Of a stretch of DNA of 29,803 bases, positions 1-10,077 are shown piece after piece. Under the pieces are notes generated by a model. It was not told the origin of the DNA, ran no database searches, and saw nothing but the letters and a program-made list of their open reading frames with translations. The stretch's first letter is position 1; every line of letters starts with the position of its first letter. The translations under genes were made by a program, and so were the position numbers. Source of the DNA: a bacterium (GTDB taxonomy: Bacteria; JADJOY01); the NCBI GenBank assembly GCA_046331705.1, contig JAXLQJ010000029.1, positions 62,001-91,803 on the forward strand. Direction: 5' to 3'.

Positions 1-545
1 CCCCACGCGTCCAAACGCCGCCGCATCTCCTGAGCGACGCGGTGGCGCAGCAGCAGGTTGTCGCGGATCGCGGGGCGGCGCAGGTCGAGGTAGCGGTACT
101 GGAGCCTGAGCGCCTCGCCGACTTGCGACGCGTCCTCGATCGCGAACGGCAAGGGCCGCGACCGGTTGAGCACCTCGAGCTTGTGGCCAACCACCTCGAT
201 GGCGCCGGTCGCGAGCTTGGGATTCACCATCTCGGCGGGGCGCTTGCGGACGGTGCCCTCGACTCGCACCACGTACTCGTCGCGCAGCGTCTCCGCGGCG
301 CGATGCGCCTCGGAATCCGTGTCCGGCTGGAACACCACCTGGGTGATGCCCTGGCGGTCGCGGAGGTCGGCGAACACCACGCCGCCGTGGTCGCGCACGC
401 GATGCACCCAGCCCGCGAGCACCACCTCGCGCCCCTCGTCCACGTCGCGAAGCTCGCCGAGATGGTGCGTGCGATAAGGCGTGGCCTCGATGGGCAGCGG
501 CACGGAGACGCCGGCGGCTGCTGGATTCGTGGGAGTGTCGGTCAT
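1..545 (-). CDS. aspS: Aspartyl-tRNA synthetase, N-terminal part (runs off the window edge)
   Basis: Not in the ORF track; manual minus-strand translation from ATG at 545 gives MTDTPTNP...YRTHHLGELR...VVLAGWVHRVRDHGGVVFADLRDRQGITQVVF...NPKLATGAIEV...LRLQYRYLDLRRP, the AspRS anticodon-binding domain. GAGG upstream; follows hisS, the usual hisS-aspS order. Confidence 0.96.
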   Translation of the reverse strand, partial: MTDTPTNPAAAGVSVPLPIEATPYRTHHLGELRDVDEGREVVLAGWVHRVRDHGGVVFADLRDRQGITQVVFQPDTDSEAHRAAETLRDEYVVRVEGTVRKRPAEMVNPKLATGAIEVVGHKLEVLNRSRPLPFAIEDASQVGEALRLQYRYLDLRRPAIRDNLLLRHRVAQEMRRRLDAW

Positions 546-660
546 TCCGGGATCCTCTTCGGCGCGGCACCCAACGAGGGCCGAGCTCGCGACCGCGTGG
601 GTGGCGACGGGCGGACGTGGGGCGAGCGGATCGCGAACCGATCCAGGCTCCCGAGGGCGG

Positions 661-1920
661 TCATGACGCCTCGCGGCCGCCCCGAAGCCGCGTGAGCAGC
701 ACGTCGAGATCGCGGCGCACTTCCTCCTCGGCGCCGGTCGTCATGTCCTTGATCCGCACGGTGCCCGCCGCCAGCTCGGACTCGCCGATCATCAACACGC
801 GCGCCGCGCCGATCTTCTGCGCGCGCCGCATCTGGCTCTTCATGCTGGTCGCCTCGAGACTGGTTTCGATCCGCACCCCGCCGAGGCGCAGCCGGTGCGC
901 CAGCTCGAAGGCCGCCAGCCGCGCCTCGTCGCCGTGGCTCGCGAGGAAGAGGCGCGGCGACGCCGCGGGCGTGGGCCCAGCGAGCTCGAGGACGCGCTCG
1001 AGACCCATCGCGAACCCCACTCCCGGTGCATCGGGCCCGCCGAAGCCCGCCACCAGACCGTCGTAGCGACCGCCGCCAGCGACGGCGTTCTGAGAGCCCA
1101 GCCGGTCGGTGGTGACCTCGAACGCCGTGCGCACGTAGTAGTCGAGCCCACGCACGATGCGCGGGTTCGCCGCGTACGGAATTGCGAGCGTGCCGAGCAA
1201 GCGCTCGACGCCCGCGTGGTGCGCGCTGCACGCGGCACACAGATGCTCGGGCATGAGCGGTGCGTCGGCGAGCGCGGCGCGACAGCGCTCCACCTTGCAG
1301 TCGAGGATTCGGAGCGGGTTGGTGATCCGGCGCCGGTTGCAGTTCTCGCAGAGATCGGCGGCGTGCTCCGCGGCGAAGGTCTGAAGCAACGCGAGATAGC
1401 CCGGTCGACAATCGCGGCAACCGAGCGACGTGAGCTCGAGCCGGATGCCCTCGAGCTGGATCTCGCCGAGAATGGCCCAGAGCAGCGCGATGATCTCCGC
1501 GTCCGCCTCGGGCGACGCGGCGCCGATCACCTCCGCGCCGATCTGGTGGAACTGGCGCGAGCGCCCCTTCTGCGGCCGCTCGTGCCGGAACATCGGGCCC
1601 AGGTAGTAGAGGCGATTGGCGGGTGCGCGCTGCGCGAGCGAGTGCTGCACGAAGGCGCGCACCACCGGTGCCGTGCCCTCCGGACGAAGCGTCAGGCTTT
1701 CCCCGCTGCCGGTGGTGAAGGTGTACATCTCCTTCTCCACCACGTCGGTGCTCTCGCCGAGCGAGCGCACGAACAGCTCGGTGCGCTCGAGCACCGGGGT
1801 GCGGATCTCGTCGTACCCGAAGGCGCCGAACAGCGCGCGCGCGCGCTCCTCGACCCAGCGCCAGCGACCTGCCTCGTCGGGCAGGACGTCGCTCATCCCG
1901 CGAATGGTGGTGATGGACAC
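661..1920 (-). CDS. hisS: Histidyl-tRNA synthetase
   Basis: Motifs RGMSDVLP, IRTPVLERTELF, KEMYTF, LRPEGTAP, FRHERPQKGRSRQFHQIGAE, VRGLDYY, AGGGRYDGL, GFAMGLER. GTG start. Confidence 0.97.
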   Translation of the reverse strand: MSITTIRGMSDVLPDEAGRWRWVEERARALFGAFGYDEIRTPVLERTELFVRSLGESTDVVEKEMYTFTTGSGESLTLRPEGTAPVVRAFVQHSLAQRAPANRLYYLGPMFRHERPQKGRSRQFHQIGAEVIGAASPEADAEIIALLWAILGEIQLEGIRLELTSLGCRDCRPGYLALLQTFAAEHAADLCENCNRRRITNPLRILDCKVERCRAALADAPLMPEHLCAACSAHHAGVERLLGTLAIPYAANPRIVRGLDYYVRTAFEVTTDRLGSQNAVAGGGRYDGLVAGFGGPDAPGVGFAMGLERVLELAGPTPAASPRLFLASHGDEARLAAFELAHRLRLGGVRIETSLEATSMKSQMRRAQKIGAARVLMIGESELAAGTVRIKDMTTGAEEEVRRDLDVLLTRLRGGREAS

Positions 1921-2019
1921 GAGAACCTGGGGCCGCGCCTGGGCGGGCGCGGGCCGAAGGCGAATGGATCCGGATTTTCTCGAACGATTCCCAGCCGTTC
2001 GCGAGGACTTCGGCGGCGC

Positions 2020-2049
2020 AAGCTAGCGGAGGCGTGAGCGGATCGTCAA
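2020..2049 (-). promoter_or_regulatory. Putative sigma70-type promoter for hisS-aspS
   Basis: Minus strand TTGACG (2049-2044), 18 nt spacer, TAGCTT (2025-2020), about 100 nt upstream of the hisS start. Confidence 0.4.
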
Positions 2050-2059
2050 CGCGCTCGCG

Positions 2060-4621
2060 TCATCGTTCGCAGCAATCGCCCGCCGCGGCGCGCGCGCGAG
2101 CCGCGCCAAGCGTCGATGGCGAGCGGTGCGCCGCGCCCACCTCGATCGCGTCGCGGCCGAATCGCAGCGTCACCGCGCCGTCCTCGCCCGTGTTCCACAC
2201 CTCGATGCCCAGCGCCGCGAACCGCGCAGCCACCGCGGGCGCGGGGTGCACCCGCGAGCCGCGCGCGGCGCTGACGATCGCGACGCGCGGCGCCACCGCG
2301 CGCAGCAGCGCGAAGCTCGACGAGGTGATCGAGCCGTGGTGCGGCACCTTCAACACCACGGCGCGCGCGTCGCGGCCGCCCGCGACGAGCAGCTCCTCGC
2401 CAGCGCGTTCCACGTCGCCGGCGAAGAGCGCGTGCTCGCCGGCGAGCTCCACGCGCAGCACCAGCGACGCGTCGTTGCTGGTGAGCGTGGCGTGCGCGGA
2501 CGGCGGATGCAGCACCTCGACGCGCACGCCGTCGTGGCGGAGCACCGCGCTTCCCGCGTCGAGCGCGACGATGGCCGTGCCGCCGCGGGCCGCGCGCGCG
2601 AGCTCGCTGGCGAGCCAGCTCGGGACCGGGACGGAGCGCGGCAGCCACAGCTCGCCGATCGGGTAGCGATCGAGCACCGCGCCAAGACCGCCGACGTGGT
2701 CGAGCTGAAGATGGCTCGCCACCAACACGTCGACGCGCTGGGTTCCCAGCGCAGCGAGCGCTCGAACCACCGCCGAGTCTCCCGAGCCCGCGCGCCCCTC
2801 GCGCGCGGGGCCCGCATCCACCAACCACGTGCGGCCACCGGGCAGCGCCACGATCGCCGCATCGCCGTGACCCACGGCGAGAAACACGATCGAGGGAGCG
2901 CGCCGCAGCAGCGCCAGCACACGTGGGCCCGCGACGGCGACGAGCGCCGCCACGAGCACCCCCAGCGCCGCGGCGCGACGGTGCCGCCGACGGCGCGCGC
3001 CGAGCGACGCCAGCGCCAGCGCCGATCCCGCCAGCGCGACCAGCTCGGGCGCCAGCGGCGTATGACCGTCGAACCCCTGCCAGCCGGCCACGCCTCGCAG
3101 GATCCCGAGCCCGGCGGCCACCGGTAGCTCGGCCACGCGAAAGGCCGCGGTCGCGAGGGACGAGGAAAACGGCGCGAGCGCCACCCCGAGCAAGCCCACC
3201 GGCACCGCGGCGGTCGCGAGCAGCGGCACGGCCAGCGGATTGGCGACCAGCCCGAGCGCCGTCCATCGACCGAACACTCCCACCGTCAGCGGGAACGTCG
3301 CCCAGGTCGCCACCACCGTCGCCAGCCACGTCTGGGCGGCGCCGCTCGCGATCCGCGACACCAGGTCCCGCCTCGGCGCGACGGGCGCCATCGTTCGCGA
3401 GATGCAGGCGCCCGCCAGCACCAGCCCCGCGGTGGCGAGGAACGAAAGGCGGAACGAGACCGACCAGAGCGATTCCGGGGCGAGCGCGGCGATGACGACG
3501 AAGCCGAGCGCCAGGCTCTGGAGCGCGGCATTGGGACGTCCCAGCCAGCTCGCCGCCAGCGCGCAGGCGCTCGCGATGGCCGAGCGCACCACCGGCGGCT
3601 CGCCACCGGCCAAGAACACGTACGCGATCGCCGCGCCCGCCGCCCCGAGCGCCGCCAGGCGCTGGCCACGCCCTTCCTCGGAGACGCGCCGCGACCAGCC
3701 GCAGAGCCAGCGAAGGGGCCCGTGAACCGCGAGCACCACGAGTGCCACGTTGAGACCGCTCACCGCCAGCACGTGGGCCGTGCCGGTGCGCACGAAGATC
3801 TCCTGGAGGTCGCCGGGCACACCGCCCGTGAGACCGATCAGCAGCGCTTCGAGCACGGCCGCGTGCTCGGCCGGCAGCGACGATTCGAGGAGCCGCGCCG
3901 TTCGCGCTCGCCAGCGCTGGATGCGGGTCGCGAAGCCCGGCGGCACGCCGCGCTCGGGGATGGGAACGATCCACGCCGCGTCGCGAACGCGCAGCGAGCC
4001 GGCGAAGCCCGCGAGGTGCAGCGCGCGAGCACGGCGTGGCTCTCCGGGATTGCCCGCGTCGCGAATCGGGCGCAGCGATCCGCGCAGCAGCACGCGCCGG
4101 AAATCGCGCAGGGCCGCGGGCGAGACCGGTGCCACCGCACGCAACCGCGCGACCATCGGATGCCAGCCCGTGACGTCGCGGATGGCTTCCGTGACCAGCA
4201 CGAACCGGGTCTCGTCGCTGGCACCGTCGGGCAACGTGGCGATGCGGCCCACGACCACCACGTCGCGATCGATCCACGCCGCGAGCTGGCGTTCGCGTTC
4301 CTCGTCGCGCGGGATCGCCGCGCCGCGCGTCGCGCCGAGGAGCGCGAACGCCGCCCACAGGATCCACGTCGCGCACCGCGGCTCGCCGCGCACGCGCACC
4401 AGGAGCGCCGCGAGGACGAACGCGGCGATCGCGATCGCGGCGGCCTCGGGATGGAAGCGCTCGCCGAGCGCGATTCCCGAGCCGAGCGCAACCGCCGCGA
4501 TCGGCAGCGCGCGTGCGTGCGCGGCCCGCGGCGCGGCTTCGCGCACGGCGGGATCGCCGTCGGCGACGGTGGTGGCCGCGAGCGGCGACGGCCGAGGTGA
4601 GCGCCCCATGCGCCGAGCCAC
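2060..4621 (-). CDS. comEC: ComEC/Rec2 DNA-uptake channel protein (OB-like region + Competence domain + metallo-beta-lactamase domain); start may be ATG 4609
   Basis: Competence-domain motif TGTAHVLAVSGLNV, PPVVRSAI, SVSFRLSFLAT, ANPLAVP; MBL region FLAVGHGDA, LVDAG, SHLQLDHVGG, SNDASLV, LFAGDVE, LKVPHHGSITSS; many hydrophobic helices. Confidence 0.93.
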   Translation of the reverse strand: MARRMGRSPRPSPLAATTVADGDPAVREAAPRAAHARALPIAAVALGSGIALGERFHPEAAAIAIAAFVLAALLVRVRGEPRCATWILWAAFALLGATRGAAIPRDEERERQLAAWIDRDVVVVGRIATLPDGASDETRFVLVTEAIRDVTGWHPMVARLRAVAPVSPAALRDFRRVLLRGSLRPIRDAGNPGEPRRARALHLAGFAGSLRVRDAAWIVPIPERGVPPGFATRIQRWRARTARLLESSLPAEHAAVLEALLIGLTGGVPGDLQEIFVRTGTAHVLAVSGLNVALVVLAVHGPLRWLCGWSRRVSEEGRGQRLAALGAAGAAIAYVFLAGGEPPVVRSAIASACALAASWLGRPNAALQSLALGFVVIAALAPESLWSVSFRLSFLATAGLVLAGACISRTMAPVAPRRDLVSRIASGAAQTWLATVVATWATFPLTVGVFGRWTALGLVANPLAVPLLATAAVPVGLLGVALAPFSSSLATAAFRVAELPVAAGLGILRGVAGWQGFDGHTPLAPELVALAGSALALASLGARRRRHRRAAALGVLVAALVAVAGPRVLALLRRAPSIVFLAVGHGDAAIVALPGGRTWLVDAGPAREGRAGSGDSAVVRALAALGTQRVDVLVASHLQLDHVGGLGAVLDRYPIGELWLPRSVPVPSWLASELARAARGGTAIVALDAGSAVLRHDGVRVEVLHPPSAHATLTSNDASLVLRVELAGEHALFAGDVERAGEELLVAGGRDARAVVLKVPHHGSITSSSFALLRAVAPRVAIVSAARGSRVHPAPAVAARFAALGIEVWNTGEDGAVTLRFGRDAIEVGAAHRSPSTLGAARARAAAGDCCER

Positions 4622-4791
4622 AGCGCAACCCGCGCGCCAAGGATCCCCGCGGCGCCACGTGCGACCGCGCCCTGGAAATCAGGCCCGAAACGCGCGCCGA
4701 GCGCGCCACGATCGGAAGTGGCACGGGCCGGGCCGCGCCCCCGCGGGCGCACCAGCGCGCCCATGGGGCCGCACGCGGCGACGCGCGCGCT

Positions 4792-5697
4792 TCACGCCAG
4801 CACGAATCGCATCAGGTCGCGCAGGCCGCGTTCCGCCGCCGCGCATCCCGGGTAGGAGAAGAACGCGTGGTCCACGCCTGCGTAGACGTGCGTCTCGACC
4901 GGCTTGCCGGCGGCGCGGCGCGCCGCGTCCATCGCACGCGTCTGCTCGACCGGCACGACCCGATCGACGTCGCCGTGGATCTGGAAAAGCGGCGCGTCGA
5001 ATTCGCACCAACTCACCGGCGAGAGCGCGCGCCATCGCTCGGGATCGTTGGTGCCCGTCACCCATCGCCGTAGCCACGGGGTGATGCCGCGCCGGAACGA
5101 CGTGAACTCGCTCACTCCGTAGATCGAGGCCACCCGAAAGGGTCGCGGGGTGGTGAGCGCGCGCCCGCCCGGCACCTGCACGAACGGATGGTCGTCGGGC
5201 CAGCCGAGCGCCAGCAGCGCGAGCGCCGCTCCCGCCGAGAGGCCCACCACGATCACCCGCGTGGGATCGGCGTCGAAGCGCGCTGCGTTCTGCGCCCAGT
5301 ACGCCATCGCCGCCTTCACGTCGCGTACCGGACGCGGCAGCACGCCGCCTTGTTGCGCCAGGCGATAATCCGCCGAGGCGACGGTGATCCCTTCGCGGAC
5401 GAGGTGCGTGGCCAGGAAGCGGCACGCGGTCATGGCGCGGTCGCCGAGGATGAACGACCCGCCGTGGACGAGCAGGCAGGAGAGCCCATCGCTGCGCTGA
5501 CCCGCGAGGCCGCGATGGACGTCCATGCGCAGCTCGAGGCGGCGGCCGCGCCCATCGCGCGTGGTGCGAAACACGAGGTCGGGGTCGCTGGCGCGCACCA
5601 GCGGCACGGCGGAGGGCTTGCGCAGCTCGCGAAACGCCCGCAGCATCGCCGCCGGTGAGGCGGTCGCGCGGCGCGGTGGAACGGACTCGGAATCCAC
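4792..5697 (-). CDS. Alpha/beta hydrolase (HSL/BD-FAE-like esterase)
   Basis: HGGSF oxyanion motif, SADYRLA, G-L-S-A-G nucleophile elbow, HGDVDRVVP (Asp), GVDHAF (His). Confidence 0.88.
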   Translation of the reverse strand: MDSESVPPRRATASPAAMLRAFRELRKPSAVPLVRASDPDLVFRTTRDGRGRRLELRMDVHRGLAGQRSDGLSCLLVHGGSFILGDRAMTACRFLATHLVREGITVASADYRLAQQGGVLPRPVRDVKAAMAYWAQNAARFDADPTRVIVVGLSAGAALALLALGWPDDHPFVQVPGGRALTTPRPFRVASIYGVSEFTSFRRGITPWLRRWVTGTNDPERWRALSPVSWCEFDAPLFQIHGDVDRVVPVEQTRAMDAARRAAGKPVETHVYAGVDHAFFSYPGCAAAERGLRDLMRFVLA

Positions 5698-5788
5698 GCA
5701 ACCCCTCCCGGCTTCGGCCGCGCGCCGTGAGGTGCGACGACGGCGCTTGCGCTTACACTACGGGAGTCACGTGGATCGAGGAAACGGC

Positions 5789-6520
5789 ATGGCATCGACG
5801 AGCACGGATCGGCTGACGCTCGAAGAAGGGGCGGCGGGGGCGGACGCAGCAGCCGCCGCCATCCCCGATCTGCCGATCGTGGTGCTCGACACGATTCCGT
5901 ACCGCCGGGCATGGGCGATCCAGCAGGGCCTCCACGCGGATCGCGTCGCCGGCAAACGCAACGACACGCTGCTCCTCCTCGAGCACCCGCCGGTCATGAC
6001 GCTGGGCCGCACCGGCGGCGCCGAGTTCCTGCGCGGCAGCGGCCCCGTGATGCACCCGGCGCTCGGCCCGATCGAGGTCGTTCCCACCGACCGCGGCGGC
6101 AAGATCACGTATCACGGGCCGGGGCAGCTGGTGGGCTACGGCATCGTGTCGCTCGCCGCGCGACGGCTCTTTCCAGCCACCTACGTTCACGCGCTCGAGA
6201 CCGTGCTCGTGACGGCGCTGGCGAGCCTCGGCCTCGAGGCGGAAGCGATCGCCGGACGCGTCGGCGTGTGGACCCGCGGCCGCAAGATCGCGTCCATCGG
6301 CGTGCGAATCACCGAGGGCGTTTCGCTCCACGGCTTCGCCCTCAACGTCACCAACGACCTGAGCCCCTTCGCGTGGATGCACCCGTGCGGCTTGCTCGAC
6401 GTCGAGATGACCAGCACGCGCAAGGAGGGAATCGACGCGAGCTTCGCCGAGGTGCGCGCGCGGGTCGCCGACGCGTGGCTCGCCACGTTCGGCGCCAGCC
6501 CCGGGGAACGCGCACCGTGA
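5789..6520 (+). CDS. lipB: Lipoyl(octanoyl) transferase
   Basis: LLLEHPPVMTLGR, TDRGGKITYHGPGQLVGY, RKIASIGV, HGFALNV, PCGL. ATG 5789 preceded by GAGG; the ORF track's 5525 start is over-extended. Confidence 0.95.
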   Translation: MASTSTDRLTLEEGAAGADAAAAAIPDLPIVVLDTIPYRRAWAIQQGLHADRVAGKRNDTLLLLEHPPVMTLGRTGGAEFLRGSGPVMHPALGPIEVVPTDRGGKITYHGPGQLVGYGIVSLAARRLFPATYVHALETVLVTALASLGLEAEAIAGRVGVWTRGRKIASIGVRITEGVSLHGFALNVTNDLSPFAWMHPCGLLDVEMTSTRKEGIDASFAEVRARVADAWLATFGASPGERAP

Positions 6521-7434
6521 CCACCGACGGCACGCTGCCGACGACGCCGCCCCGGCGAAGGCTGCCCGAGTGGGTGCGGGTGCGCCCCGCCAGCGGCCCG
6601 GATCATCACGATCTCAAGGCGCGGGTGCGCGAGCTCGGGCTGCACACGGTGTGCGAGAGCGCTTCCTGTCCCAACATCGGCGAATGCTGGAATCGCCGCA
6701 CGCTCACCGTGATGATCCTCGGCAACGTCTGCACGCGGTCGTGCGGGTTCTGCGACGTCGCGACCGGTCGCCCCGGCACGCTCGACGCCGACGAGCCGCG
6801 CCACGTCGCGGAGCTGCTCGCCGGGCTCGACCTCGCGTACGCGGTGGTCACCAGCGTGGACAGGGACGACCTCCCCGACGGCGGTGCCGCCCACTGGGCG
6901 GCCACGATCCGGGCGATCCGCGCGCTCGCGCCGCGCATGGGGATCGAGGTGCTGATCCCGGATTTCCACGCGCGCCCCGAGCCCCTCGACCAGGTGATCG
7001 ACGCGGCACCCGACGTCCTCGCTCACAACCTGGAGACCGTCGCGTCGCTGCAGCGCACGGTGCGCCCGCAGGCGAGCTACGCGCGTTCGCTGGCGGCCCT
7101 CGAGCACGCGGCGAAGCGCGGCGTGCTGACGAAATCGAGCTTGATGCTGGGCCTCGGCGAGACCCTCGACGAGGTACGTGAAGCGCTTCGCGACCTGCGC
7201 GACCACGGCTGCCGCATCCTGACGCTCGGCCAATACCTCCGCCCCTCGCTCGCGCATCTGCCCGTCGCACGGTTCTGGGAGCCCGCGGTCTTCGACGAGC
7301 TCGGCCAGGAAGCGCGGGCGATGGGCTTCGACGAGGTCGCGTCCGGCCCGCTCGTGCGCAGCTCGTACCGCGCGGACGAGCTCGCCGCGGCGCGGGTGCG
7401 GGGCGACGCAGCGGCCGAGCCAACGGCGGGCTGA
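6517..7434 (+). CDS. lipA: Lipoyl synthase (radical SAM)
   Basis: CESASCPNIGEC auxiliary-cluster motif, CTRSCGFC radical-SAM motif, TSVDRDDLPDGGA, HNLETV, GQYLRP, GPLVRSSY. GTG start overlaps the lipB stop (GTGA at 6517-6520). Confidence 0.96.
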   Translation: MTTDGTLPTTPPRRRLPEWVRVRPASGPDHHDLKARVRELGLHTVCESASCPNIGECWNRRTLTVMILGNVCTRSCGFCDVATGRPGTLDADEPRHVAELLAGLDLAYAVVTSVDRDDLPDGGAAHWAATIRAIRALAPRMGIEVLIPDFHARPEPLDQVIDAAPDVLAHNLETVASLQRTVRPQASYARSLAALEHAAKRGVLTKSSLMLGLGETLDEVREALRDLRDHGCRILTLGQYLRPSLAHLPVARFWEPAVFDELGQEARAMGFDEVASGPLVRSSYRADELAAARVRGDAAAEPTAG

Positions 7435-7452
7435 ACGCCTTCGCCTCGGCAC

Positions 7453-7498
7453 CGCGGTGTCACGCCCCGCGCGGAACCGCCGAGCGGGTGACGCCGCG
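7453..7498. terminator. GC-rich hairpin between the convergent lipA and PrcB-like genes (possible bidirectional terminator)
   Basis: CGCGGTGTCAC (7453-7463) pairs with GTGACGCCGCG (7488-7498) with one G-U pair, plus an inner imperfect stem; no clear U tract. Confidence 0.3.
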
Positions 7499-7521
7499 TG
7501 AGCGGCGGACGCTCGACCGGA

Positions 7522-8073
7522 TCAACGGGTCGCGGGACCGGTCGAGGTCTCGGCGGTGGGCAGCTCGCGACCGCGCGCGTCCTTGGCCACCACCCGGTCG
7601 ATCGTGCCATCGACCGTGATCGCCGCCAGCGTCCACGGGTTGGTGAGCACCTGGATGGTCATCGCGCCCGGCTCGGGCTTGGTCTCGCGGAAGGTCACCT
7701 CGAGGGTGGTTCCGCGCCGCGCCGCCGACACGATCTCGACTCCGAACCCGCCCGTCAGGCGCTCGCCGAGAGCGACGCCCACGACGACCTCGCGCGAGAA
7801 GTCAATCGCGGGCTGCGCCGGCTCGGGAGGCAGCGCGAACCCGGGAACGCGCGCGCTCATGGCGTTCGCGAGCTCTTCCGCGGAGCGCGCCAGCCACACG
7901 TGCGGCGCGCCGCCGGAGCCAGCACCGCCGCCCGAGGCGATGGTGCGCATCTCCAACGCCGACCCGCTACCCCGGCCGCCCATCGCCACGACCAGTGGCG
8001 CCAAGAGTGCCAGCACCGCGAGCCGCGGCGCTCGGACGACCTCGTTTCGCAGTGCGTTCATCCGTGTCGTCAT
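7522..8073 (-). CDS. Exported protein with PrcB C-terminal-like domain (start uncertain: 8061, 8073 or 8085)
   Basis: Signal-like segment RLAVLALLAPLVVAMG, then PAIDFSREVVVGVALGERLTGGFGVEI...PGAMTIQVLTNPW, matching the PrcB_C pattern (G.R.TGG..V.I ... Q..T.P). The ORF track's longer version runs through tRNA-Ala. Confidence 0.75.
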   Translation of the reverse strand: MTTRMNALRNEVVRAPRLAVLALLAPLVVAMGGRGSGSALEMRTIASGGGAGSGGAPHVWLARSAEELANAMSARVPGFALPPEPAQPAIDFSREVVVGVALGERLTGGFGVEIVSAARRGTTLEVTFRETKPEPGAMTIQVLTNPWTLAAITVDGTIDRVVAKDARGRELPTAETSTGPATR

Positions 8074-8111
8074 CCGCGCACGCATTCGGGCGAGCGCGGG
8101 TTGCGACGAAG

Positions 8112-8187
8112 TGGTGGAGCCGAAGGGAGTCGAACCCTCTACCTCCTGACTGCCAGTCAGGCGCTCTCCCAGTTGAGCTACGGCCCC
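8112..8187 (-). tRNA. tRNA-Ala (anticodon GGC)
   Basis: Reverse complement GGGGCCGTAGCTCAACTGGGAGAGCGCCTGACTGGCAGTCAGGAGGTAGAGGGTTCGACTCCCTTCGGCTCCACCA: 76 nt, full cloverleaf, G3:U70 pair, encoded CCA. Confidence 0.97.
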
Positions 8188-8226
8188 GGATGGTGCGTCG
8201 GACGTCCATTTCCGAGCGGGCGGCGA

Positions 8227-8256
8227 AACATAGCGAAGCGCCGCGCGGACGGGCAA
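8227..8256 (-). promoter_or_regulatory. Putative sigma70-type promoter for tRNA-Ala
   Basis: Minus strand TTGCCC (8256-8251), 18 nt spacer, TATGTT (8232-8227), 40 nt upstream of the tRNA. Confidence 0.35.
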
Positions 8257-8416
8257 GCCCATGCGCGTCGCTCGATCACCGACCGGCCGCAGACCCGGCG
8301 CGACCGAGCGCGCGCGCACGCCGTGCGGCGCAGCCGGAAACCCACCGGGCTGTGCTAGGGTACCCACGGCCTCGTAATCTTGCGTGTTTCCCGACCATCG
8401 TCTCGAGCCTCCCGGC

Positions 8417-8809
8417 ATGTCGCGTGCGCTGCTCCGCGTCTTGGTCGCGGATGACGAGGAGACCATTCGGGAGCTCATGCGCTTCATCCTTCACGACCAG
8501 CAGTGCATCGTGACCATGGCCACCAACGGTCGCGAAGCCACCCAGAAGCTCGACGAGCAGCCATTCGATCTGGTGTTCATGGACATCATGATGCCGGTGC
8601 AAAACGGCGTCGAAGCGTTCCGCACCATCCACGCGCGCCATCCGGACGTCCCGGTGGTGATGGTCTCGGGGTTCGGCAAGGAAGCGCAGATCCTGCGTGA
8701 CCAAGCGCTCAAGAACGGCGCCTACAAGTTCATCCCCAAGCCGTTCTCGATCGCGGACATCCGGCGCGTCGTCGACGAAGTGCGCAGCGAGCGCCTGCCC
8801 GAGGAGTGA
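8417..8809 (+). CDS. Single-domain response regulator (CheY-like receiver)
   Basis: VLVADDE acidic pocket, DLVFMDIMMP phospho-acceptor Asp, VVMVSG, FIPKPF; no output domain. Confidence 0.92.
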   Translation: MSRALLRVLVADDEETIRELMRFILHDQQCIVTMATNGREATQKLDEQPFDLVFMDIMMPVQNGVEAFRTIHARHPDVPVVMVSGFGKEAQILRDQALKNGAYKFIPKPFSIADIRRVVDEVRSERLPEE

Positions 8810-8834
8810 GCGCGGCCCGACGCGCAACGGGCTC

Positions 8835-9806
8835 CTAGCGCGATGGCGCGGGCGCCACGGTGTCGGCGCGGCGCATCCACGTGCGACCTCCGCGCGGCAG
8901 CACCAGCCGATCGCGCGAGAGCCGTATCTCGCCACGGGACGGCACGGCCGCCGCGAATCCGCAGCCTTCCCGGGCCGGGGCCATTCGCCTGGGAACGACC
9001 GCGAGGACGCTCTCGAACGCATTGCTGTCGAGCGACCAGGTCCCTTCCCCCGCGACGCGTTCGCCGATCACGAAGCGCAAGCTGCCGTCGCGCCGGAACG
9101 CGAGCGTCTCTTCCTCACCGCACGCGTTCGCGCCCCGCCACTGCCCGAGCAGATCCTTGCGCTGCACGCTGGGTCGGACGCCGAGCGCCATGCAGCCGGC
9201 GATGGTCGCGACCAGAATGCCCGCGGCAAGCCACACCCCGCGCTCCACGGGGCGCGTCCGGCCCGCGAGCCGCGGCGCGAACGGACAGGTGAGCGCGAGC
9301 GCCGCGCCCACCGCGATCGTGTCCACGAGCACGTCGCGGGGGTCGAAGACGCGATCCGGCAGGAAGCCCTGCAGCACCTCGTCGATCATCCCGAAGGCGG
9401 TGCCCGAGAGCAGCACCAGCGCTCCGCCCTGCACGAAACCGTGCACGGGCACCACCGCCCAGGCGAGCGCCAACCCCAGCGCGCCGAAGGTCAGCACGTG
9501 GAATCGCTCGACGTCGCTGTCGCCGAGGAGCACCACGGCGATCTCGGCACCGAGCGCCACGACCACCCACGGCTTGGCCACCGCCGCAGCGACGCCGAGG
9601 CGCTCGTAGACGCGGTCGTACCGCCACGCGACGATCGCGAGCATCAGTGGAACACCGTAGGACACGAACCAGCCCAGCCCGTGCTTGCCCGCGGAGCGGG
9701 CCAGCGCGTAGCCGTCGACGCTCATCAGCAACACCACGCCCAGCGTGGCGGCCACACAGAGCCAAGGACGGGGGCGAGTCACTCGAGGAAGGCGCGACGG
9801 GCCCAT
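8835..9806 (-). CDS. VanZ-like integral membrane protein with a C-terminal soluble beta-rich domain (start uncertain)
   Basis: ERFHVLTFGALG...GMIDEVLQGFLPDRVFDPRDVLVD matches the VanZ signature (H...G ... DE..Q...P.R..D..D); several TM segments. Confidence 0.75.
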   Translation of the reverse strand: MGPSRLPRVTRPRPWLCVAATLGVVLLMSVDGYALARSAGKHGLGWFVSYGVPLMLAIVAWRYDRVYERLGVAAAVAKPWVVVALGAEIAVVLLGDSDVERFHVLTFGALGLALAWAVVPVHGFVQGGALVLLSGTAFGMIDEVLQGFLPDRVFDPRDVLVDTIAVGAALALTCPFAPRLAGRTRPVERGVWLAAGILVATIAGCMALGVRPSVQRKDLLGQWRGANACGEEETLAFRRDGSLRFVIGERVAGEGTWSLDSNAFESVLAVVPRRMAPAREGCGFAAAVPSRGEIRLSRDRLVLPRGGRTWMRRADTVAPAPSR

Positions 9807-10077
9807 GCGGGGATGACGAGCGGACGCGGGCGCGGGAACTCGAGCGGACGTCCACGGCGGCGCGTGGGGGGCGCGCGGCGAATCCCTGGACGGGTTCGAC
9901 GGCGATGCTATACCCTCGGGCCGCGAGTCCGACAACCCGAGAAGATCCGGCGCGTTGCGCCACCTCCACGCTGGCGACGCCCGGAGCCGTGCACGACTCG
10001 TGCGCCGCCCGCTCTCGGCGCGCCCCCGCGCGGTCGCGTGACGGCTCGAGCGAGCTCATCCCCATACCGTCAGGATC

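Noticed and set aside
42-695. 217-aa plus-strand ORF, and many other long overlapping ORFs (e.g. 895-2037, 2046-4724, 8697-10493, 17588-20209, 23992-25428)
   Set aside because: Shadow or alternative frames of real genes, expected at this GC content; Arg/Ala/Pro-rich and without motifs.
2690-2725. ComEC MBL motif reads HLQLDH instead of HxHxDH
   Set aside because: This position varies widely among ComEC proteins; not evidence of novelty.
7522-8487. 321-aa ORF spanning tRNA-Ala and the response regulator start
   Set aside because: Over-extended 5' end; the plausible protein starts at 8061-8085, downstream of the tRNA.
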